From contig NC_058383.1 in assembly GCF_018350175.1 (NCBI RefSeq), forward strand, positions 2,418,001 to 2,482,000: a stretch of 64,000 nucleotides of DNA. The letters run 5' to 3'. The translations under genes and the position numbers were made by a program. The stretch's first letter is position 1, and each line of letters begins with the position of its first letter. This DNA comes from Felis catus. Taxonomy: Eukaryota. The notes below the pieces were generated by a model, which worked only from the letters and a program-made list of their open reading frames with translations, was not told the DNA's origin and made no database searches. Positions 25,842 through 64,000 of the stretch are shown here, piece after piece.

Positions 25842-28089
25842 ATATTTTGATAACTGTATTTCAACAAAGAAATACAATCCTAGGGGTTTTGTTGAATGTG
25901 TTACAAAATGCTCCGTTGAGACGTCGGCGTCTCTGGGCTCTCGGATGCTCGAGGGGTTCATGGTGCACAGACCGGTGAAAGCCGCTGCTGGCCAGTCGGA
26001 GCCGGTGGGATGGGGGCCGGACGACCAGTTGTGGGGGGGTGGTCCGGCCAGTGGGTTCCCCGGGCGGGGGGAGAGGATTTGAGGGGCACAGCGGGTTAGT
26101 GCAGGAACTGAGGCCGTGTTAGGCTTCTATCGTGATGACCGATGGGGGTGCACAGATGGAGGGAGATGAGGAATCCATCTGTGGGGGAAACGGCACCCCT
26201 GTTTGGTTTTGAACCCGAGAAGCCAAGGGCCCCCGGCCTCACGAGACCGGCCAATTCGGGGGGTCCCTTTCCCTGGCACAAGCTTGCTCGTCCTCACGGC
26301 CACCCCATGCGGCACATGGCTTGGGGTATGTGGCCTCACTTCACAGAGGATGACCTTCGGGGAGTTGCGGAAAGTTGCCTTAGAACTCAGATGTCCCCAT
26401 CCGTCCCTGGGATCCTGCACCTCCCGGCCCACGGGCGCCCGAGGACCCTTCACTGTGCAGGGACGCTGTCACCAAGCCCCCCGGGTTCCGCCCCGTGCTG
26501 GGCCTCGGGCCAGGGACCCGGAGGTCAGGACCAGTCTGTTCTGGAAGAACTAACGGTCCTCCAGCCTCGTGTGTGTCTGTTTCTCTCTGACACGCACGCA
26601 CAGCCCACGGCCTCATACCCACATTCGAGTCCAGTCAGACCAGCGCGGGGGGGCGAGACTCACGGTATCGGTCAAAACAAGGTCAGAGCCGAACACGACA
26701 TGTGATAGGAAAAAAGGAAATTCCTGTAGCAGACATTCTTTCCAGTCAGCCCAACCGGCTCGGAAACTTTCGATACAATTTTTAGACGAGCACCTGGGGT
26801 TTCGAAGCAGCCAGTGCTGAGAGCGTGAGCCCGGGGCCCCGACACTCACAAGCGGCTAATTTTAGCATCCAAACAAACCGGCAAGCCAAGCGCTTCTCCT
26901 CTGGTCCACACCCCCTCCTCACCCACCCCCTTCCTGCGAGCCCACGCTTCCTGCCGCTCGCTGGCTGGCCGTGCAGCTCGTGTGGCCCACAGGGGAGGGC
27001 GGGACTGGGGACCCAGGGACCCAAGGACCCAGGCGGGCGCTCCCGCGGGCAGTGCAGGCAGGGAGGGGTGGAGGGGACAGGGAGAGGCGAGGCCCCCATG
27101 GCCTCTCCCACGGGCCACCTCTGCAGGCGCTGGGGGGGATCCCTCTTCCTCTGCAGACCCAGGGGCTCCAGGCTGAGCTGGACCCCAGGGACGCCCCAGG
27201 GAGCTGTGGGCACCGCTCCGAGGTCCCCGCTTCAAATCCCAGCTCTGTCCCTTCCCCGCAACTGAACCTCAGTCTCCCCATCTATTAAATGGGGGTGGCG
27301 TTCGCTCCCGGGACAGATCGGGGGGGGGGGGCCAGGCTGGACACGACGGGCCGACCGCCCCGCACACGGCAGCGGCACTCCTCAGCCGGGGTGAGGGTCT
27401 CCTCCGGGTCACGGGAGCCTCCAATCCACGTGAGCATGGGCTGCCCCCCGCCCCACGGGGCCCGGCCGCGCTAGGGCTTCGTGGCCGCAGATATTTTCAG
27501 CTCCCCTGGCGATGTGACCCGAGGGCAGCCTCTCAAGAGTGGCCGAGGCCAAGAAACACAGTCCAGCCACCAAAAAAGGGATCCCGAGGCTTGAGTTCCT
27601 TAAATGTTCTGAAGCCAACACGTTGTTCGTGCTAACCCCGTAAGACCTGTTCTCTCTTCTCCCGTCGACCTCCCACACTGCGGCAGCCTGCTCCTCCCGT
27701 GGAGTCTCCCCCGAGCCCCTACCCTAGTTCTTGCCCAGGTGCCTCTCTTGTCCTTCTGCTGACACCAAAGCTCCAACTGGGAGTGACAGAGCTGTCCTCA
27801 GGGGGAGAGGGAGGGAAGGAAGCTGAGTAGGCAGTCAGGACTTCAGTGGTGGAGGGGACAGGGTATCCGGCCACACGACAGCCCCTCCTTCCTTTGCACT
27901 AGAGCTAGCTTGGACAGGCTTCTGTGTCTGCCCCAGGACCTTTGCACCCACTGTGCTCACTGCTTGAATGCTCTTGCCCCATATTTTTTTCATGGCTTTT
28001 TGCCATTCCCTTCAGGCCCCTCCTCAAACGTCACCTTCTCAAAGAAGCCATACCATCTAAACAAGCTCCCCTGTGACAAATGCTGTTGT

Positions 28090-28340
28090 CCCTCTCACGA
28101 AGACCGGTCCTGTTTTCTGCGTTTGAGCAACAATGTATGTAGCCCCAGGGTGGGTAGAGGATATCCAGTACTAGGGCAAACGAGGCATCAGGGAATGATT
28201 ACTGGGGGGTTCTGGGAGAGATGTCCCTCCACAATAAAGGAGAGCTGCTTCCTTCTTGTTCTGGGCACCAGATGTGAGGATGTGATGTCTGGAGCTGTGG
28301 CAGCCATCTTGCAGTGATGAGGCGACCACCCCGGAGAGGA
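28090..28340. mobile_element. Old ERVL-type LTR fragment (LTR16/LTR33-like)
   Basis: gaggatgtgatgtctggagctgtggcagccatcttg motif. Confidence 0.5.
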
Positions 28341-31300
28341 AAGCCAGCTGTTCTCTCAAACAGCGAGAAGGTCTGGTGATTTCTTCCTACAGGGCACTAA
28401 GCAGTTGGGGCTGAGTCCCACCCACCTCTTTGAGACGGGCCACATGCCTGCCAGCTCGCCAAGGTCCCTATTGTCCGCCTCACTCATTTCCACCCTTGCT
28501 GGACCCTGGGCAACTCCAGGGGCAGTGTGGTGACTTGTGGTTTAAGTGTGTCCGTTCCAGCCGCCGGTGTCCAGTTACTGGGGTGAGGGGTAAGACAGAA
28601 AGACATGTTCTCTACCGTTGCGAATCTCACAGGCAAACGCCGGAGATAATGAAGGGAGTCACTCCGACATGGGCTGGCAAGGGCTGTGACAAAGGTGTGC
28701 ACCTCAGCCCAGGTCAGGGGAGGCCATCCTCCCCTAGAGCTGGCAGTTCAGCTGACGCCTGATGCACGAGGAGGACTTAAGCAGAGTGAAGGGAACCGCA
28801 TATCACAGAAAAGGAACAGCCTGTTTCTGAAGCCCCAGAAACCAGAGGAAAGGAAAGACGGGTTGATGTGGTCGGGAGTGATACGGGTGTGGGTGGGGGG
28901 AGTCCTGGCCATCGGCGAGAGGCAAGGCGCGGTGGACCGGTGTGGCGGCTGTGGGATGGGTAGGGGTGAATGGATTCAGTAGGGAGTTAAGAATTTAATC
29001 AACAGGATGAGTGAGGCAGCGTGCATGCGTGTGTGTGCGTGAGAGGGACAGAGACAGAGAGACGTAGAGATATACAGAGACACAGGTGAGAGGGTGCTGG
29101 TGCCGCCCGGCTTTCTGGCTGAGTGACTGAGTCAGGGGTGGGTGGGGAGGGACAGGTCTGGGGGGTGAGGGGGTGAGTTAGGCTTCAGGCCTGTGCGGAC
29201 TGGTATCCCCTCGAGGTCGGGAGGAGGTGGAGAGGGCCCCCCCCCCACACCTCCCACCTTGTGGCTAGAGCAGCTCTGGGTGTGGGGTCTCAGGACTTCA
29301 AGCTGAACCGAGGCCAGAGTGGACAGCCACACGCCAACAGGCCTGTCTGACCCAGACAGGGCCCCGGGAAGGGCCCTGGGTCAGACAGGCCCCCGGGAAG
29401 AGTCCCGGCCCAGAGGGCCAGGCCTGCTCGGGTCACCAGCCCCGAAAGTCCCGGCCGCGAACGGGTGCCGCCCGGGAGGGCCTGTGGGCCGCGCAATGGA
29501 GCCGGGCGGGGCCCCGTTAAGGGGAGGGCGTCCTGCAGGGAGGCCGGGTAGATGACGCGGGACCACGGCCTAGATGCTTGTGGAGGACACGATGGGGTGG
29601 CCAGACGGGAACGCGGGACAGCTGTGAGAAGAGACAGAGAGAGAGGCCCGGCTATAAAGTGCAGGGCACGGTGGGTTGTGCCCTCTGTCGTACGACACGG
29701 TGGGAATGAGAATACACATGGCTTGTCTGTGCACAAAGACTCCGGAAGGGCACACGGGAGTCTAAAAAAGCGGTTTTCTGTGAGGAGGACGGGGGTGGGA
29801 CGGGGCAGAGGTGAGGAGGACGGGGATGGGGACAGGGCAGAGGTGAGGATTTGCACGGACAGCCTCCTATGACGCACTTCCGAAGGCTGTGAATGTTTCG
29901 CCTCTCGGACGTGGGTGCAGAATTCCAGATTAAAAGCCAAGGGGGACCGTCACATCTCACCGCGGAGCCCGGGTCCTTACAGCCGGCCTCCAGGTGGCGG
30001 TGGGGCGGGGCCGGGCAGGTGAGTTACACGCACAGCTTCTTTCAACCCAGTGACGGCCCACAAGGTCTCAATTGTTCTTGGGGTCTCTTTTCCCCATGTC
30101 CCCAGAGCCCCGCAGCCTGGGGACGGCAGAAGGAACATGTGGCCCGAGGGCAGCAGGCTGGCCTGGGTGGGTGGGGGATGGGCGCCAGGACAGCAAGCAG
30201 GGGTGGGGGGTGGGGGGGTGGGGTGGGGGGGTGACAATCCCTGTTGCTTTTAGTTTGGTTTCCTGGGGCTTGGAAGTAAAACAGAGAACCAAGGTTCAGC
30301 CTCATTTGGAACCCCCCACCCCCAGGCCCCCTGCACCTGCCCCTGGAGACTTCTCTGGCCTCGGTCCTCAGAGACTTTCCGGAGGTTGTTGCAACCCCCG
30401 CAGAGCACTCTGGGTCATACAGGGGCTGGAGCAGGTGCTCGGAGCCACGTTTCCCAACCAAGCAGCCTCAACATCCCGGTTGAGCTTGGCAGGACTGAGC
30501 ATCCCGCGACCTGGCCCCACACCAGCTACTGCCCCCAGTCCCTGGCACGCTGACAGCCACCAGGGCCCCACCTCCGAATCGGGAGGTCCAGCGGACGGCC
30601 CGCAGTCGGCAGATCAGCCGGGCCTGGGTTGACTTCCAGCGTACCTGGTGTGTGACCCTGGTGAAGTTACTGGGCATCTCTGAGGCCATTTTCTCCCGTA
30701 TGAAATGGAGAAAAGTTTTGGGATCGCTAAGTAAGAGAACATCTAGAAAGCACTTGGACAGAGGGGGAGGAGCTCAGAAAATGGTTGTTAAGAGTTGCCT
30801 AGCCTGAAAGCATCGGCCATTCATCTTTTGGGGAATCCGTAGGGTCCCTTGGGAGCCTGAGAAAGCCTGGACTTTCTCCCCAGAAAACAGTAGATCTGCA
30901 CATACGGCACTATTTCCAGGGCTCCAAGCTGTGGGACTGGTGTCTTTGGAGGGAGACCAAGCATCCATCACCGGTGTTATCAGCCTGGCACAGGCTCCCT
31001 TCTGGAGCCTGGGGCCCCGGGCTCGACAGGCACGCGGCAAAGCCCTGCTGTGCACCTCGGGGGCCTCCCTGAGCCCCGGGCTGGCTCCAAAGGAAAAACA
31101 CAGCCTGCGGACCCTGGAGTGATAACTCGGGCTGCAGCCGGGCTTTGCAGACAGCTCTGGCAGTCTCCCCACCTGCCGGCCCCACGCGGGCCCCACTCTC
31201 CTTCCCAGGCAGCCTCCGGGCTGCCGAGGCGGCGCTGTGGGCAGCTGAAAACTCGGGGCCCGGAGCCGGAGCAGATGATGTCAGGGGTCTCCTTTGAAAT

Positions 31301-31424
31301 CCTCGCGTGGAGTGATTCCGCGTGGTGCCAAACCCCAGCCTCCTGCTGACCTCACGGTTTCACGCAGGGACCGACCCAGAACGCACAAACTCATCCCTGA
31401 CCTTCTCTCCGGCGGCCCCATCTT

Positions 31425-31428
<4 letters not shown>

Positions 31429-31481
<53 letters not shown>
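31429..31481. repeat. (CA)n microsatellite
   Basis: Perfect CA run of about 26 units. Confidence 0.98.
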
Positions 31482-31484
<3 letters not shown>

Positions 31485-32334
31485 CCCCGCAGCCCTGCCT
31501 TCTGGAGCCTCCCGAAAACTCCTCGGGGGCCAAAAAGAACCCATCACCATTTCTTTTTCCAGGTATCTCTCCCCACGAGTGGCCCCTCTTCACCCCTCCT
31601 TGTCTCCCCCCACCCCTCAAAATTACACGCAAGCCACGGGCTGGGTTCTTTCTGCACAAGCCTAAGAATCTGAGGTTAAATAAATAAATATAAATAAATC
31701 AGCAGACCTTTTACTCCGGGTCCCCTTTCCAGTCACGTCTGTCCCCTCGGCTCTAAGTACTTTACGAGGAAGCGCGGTGTCGGGGTGAACACGATTGCCT
31801 CGGCTTGGGGAAAATTTACTGTTGAGCGTAAAACTCTAACCAGATGAAAGCGGACCTTCCAGCTCCTCGCGAGGCGGGCGGCTTCTCTGGCCCTAAACAA
31901 GCCACAGCCGGGTCTCCGGAAAGCAGGGTTTCTCCGGATCCGGCACATCCAGCCTGATTCTGGGGGCTGTTGCGGAAGAAGCGGCGTCAGTAACTGTTTT
32001 CAGAGGCGTCGCTCTGCCTGGCAACGTCCGGTCTCAGTGGCGTAGGGCCAAATCATCATCACGGAGGGACGAGGAGACCAGGCTCCCCCCACCCCCAGGA
32101 ACCTCCCATCCCCGGTAGCACCTCCCCAGGCTTTGTGGTGCTCATTTGACTTCAAAGAGTCAAAATGCTAAAAACAAAACAAACAAACAAAAAATGCAGG
32201 ACGTACAGCACTGTTTTCTAGGGTGAGGTATTTACCAGAAGCTCTCTTATTCATAATTTGTACCTTGAACATGTGGCAAAAACCTAGCATATCAACTCAC
32301 ACCCATGGTATCGAAGAGCAAGGGTTGCTCCTGT

Positions 32335-32780
32335 ATTTGTTAGGAATTGCTTTAGGCTGCAAGTAAACGAGGACGGAAATGACCACCACGTAACATAAAT
32401 TTATTTCTGTCCCATGTAAACAAAACCCAAGCAGTCGTCCCCGGGATCCAAAGTGCCATCAGCCATGCTGAATCCTTTTCTCTTTCTGTTCCACCATCCT
32501 TTGCGTAGGGTTTCCGTTCTCAAGGTCGCCTCTAGGTCCAAGGTGACTGCAGGAGCTCCAGCCATCACAGCTGTATTCCAGGCAAGAAACTAGAGAAAGG
32601 GCTGCCGGTCTGCTCTGTCCTTCCCCCAAAACCTTGTCCCCTTACGTTTTCTTGATTACCCTAGCTGCAAGGGAAGCTGGGGAATATGGTCTTTGAGCTG
32701 CATGTAGTTTCCCAGAATAAAAACAGGATTCTGTTAGTAAGGGAGGGAATGCGGGTGCTGGTTTGTCAAGCGGCGGTTGC
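32335..32780. mobile_element. Old MaLR LTR (MLT1J/K/L-like)
   Basis: gttaggaattgctttaggctgcaagtaa...aatttatttct and cctagctgcaagggaagctgggga motifs. Confidence 0.6.
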
Positions 32781-33828
32781 TCCCAGTTCCCATGAACACA
32801 CAGAGCTGGGAGGGAACCCCAGCCTGCCACCTGCCACCTGCCGAATACTCAGCACGGAGCCGGGCCGGACGAGGCCTGGCTTGGCCACACCCTGTCGCGT
32901 CCAGACTGGGAAAGTCTGCGTCCAGGGGGTCAGGGAGAAGAGTGGCTCTAGAACCCACGGGGCCTTTGCTCTCTGCCGCGGAGGGAGGCACGAGCTTCCG
33001 GCAGACGCGCACGCGCGCACACACCCCAGCGCCTGGGCAGCGGAAACAAACCCAACAGAGATACTTACTCCACGCGCCCAACCGCAGGGCGACGTGGGGC
33101 TGCGCGTATGGACGCCACGTGCAGACGATCAGAGAGCCGAGTGAGGGGCCCTGGCCTCAGGGCTGGGGTCTGGGGGGGGGGCAGGGTGACCTTCCAGGGA
33201 GGGCCCTTCCTAGAGTGACTCTACAACTTATCACCCAAATCGGGACGTGTCTTCGTCAAAGGGGTTATTAGTAACCACGCTCGAGGCCCAGGCCCAAATC
33301 AGGTCTGTCCCCGGGGCGCCGCGGACGATGGTGGCCCCCCGCCTCACGTGGCCCCCCGCCCCAAGCTCTTCCGGAAGTGGTCTGCGCGCTCAGCAAGAGC
33401 TCCGCCCCTCTGCAAATTACTAGGTACTAACAGCTCTGGGAAAGGTGGAGGACGAGGAAACGGAGACGTTGTAATGCGAGAAAAGAGAAAAGTCGCCGCG
33501 CGGAAGGCTTCCCCTTCCGCCGCGGCCATCCTGCTCGGAAACGTGTACGTGCTGTGTCCCGAGGGCCGGCGGGCGCGCCCCCGCGCTCAGGGTCACCGCC
33601 CCGCGGCTGGCACACCTGTTCCTGCGTGACATTCATCGGCTGTTCGGCTCCGGCCTGGCGTCGCGACGACGCGGGCGGCCGGGGCGGCCCGTTCCCAGCT
33701 GCCGGGTCCGGGTCCGGGTCCGTCCCCTCAGCTCCCCGGGGCCCGCGTGACCGGGTGGACGGGGCCCCCTCGCGCCCACGGCACCGCCCGCCGGGGTCCG
33801 CAAGCCCCTCCGGGGTCCGGGCCCCGCC

Positions 33829-63417
<29,589 letters not shown>

Positions 63418-64000
63418 TTAAGAGCGCTCCGAAAAGCACCGTATGTCCCTTAGCAACTTCCCGGGGTAACTTTTATGGGGTGGACCAGACTGCAGAATGG
63501 GGGAAGGTGTCTCCCCACCAGGTATGGAATCCACTCCAGTGCCTTTCTCGGTGGCCCTGAGTCTGATTCTCAGACTCGGGGTCTCCCCTCAAGAACCCAC
63601 GTTATCTACAGGGAGCGAGGTGGCCAAGAGCTCAGGGTTCTGGGCTCTGCCGCCCTGACTTGACCCCAGAGCAGCCGGTACGGGTTTGTCCCTGCGGGTT
63701 TCCCACAAAATTCTATCTGGACAAGCTTCGCACTGATGCGAAAAGAACAGCGTGAGGCTCTCTGGATTCGCAGCATCTCTGACCTGAAGGACCGACCCGC
63801 AGGGCTGAAAGAGTGGCTTCGTAGACAAGATCGTGACTATGTCTGGAAATGGGGCAAGTGGCGACGTGCTGAGCTTTACCCCTCGAGAGGGGAGTGTCAG
63901 GGAGCGGGACCAGGAGAAGACTTCTCAGACCTTTGTCACTAAGCGTGTCTGCCTCCCTAAACTGATCGACCACATAAAACATCCGAATCAAGACTGCTTT

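Noticed and set aside
10600..33300. A hidden second protein-coding gene in the GC-rich intergenic region
   Set aside because: None of the many short ORFs resembles a known protein and I could not build a consistent exon chain; a lncRNA cannot be excluded without expression data

Overview
Mammalian genomic DNA, almost certainly felid (many tRNA-derived CanSINEs of the cat type). The main feature is the 3' part of CARD11 (CARMA1) on the minus strand. I traced 20 coding exons between 63219 and the stop codon at 33829. All introns are GT-AG, phases are consistent, and the exons join into 2781 nt (926 aa plus stop) covering the coiled coil, linker, PDZ, SH3 and GUK domains. The N-terminal CARD exons lie beyond the right edge. 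Positions 1-33 kb are non-coding: AT-richer and dense in L1/LTR/SINE remnants up to about 10 kb, then GC/CpG-rich with MIR, L2 and DNA-transposon relics and several enhancer-like patches. I found no convincing novel gene system, CRISPR array or foreign insert. The most unusual items are a CpG-rich 27-bp minisatellite with higher-order structure (47.26-48.17 kb), a 1.2-kb polypurine tract in the same intron, strong AT-to-GC drift in old L1 fragments inside the gene, and nearly T-free C-rich splice acceptors. Exon numbers, human comparisons and repeat family names come from recalled references, not database searches.
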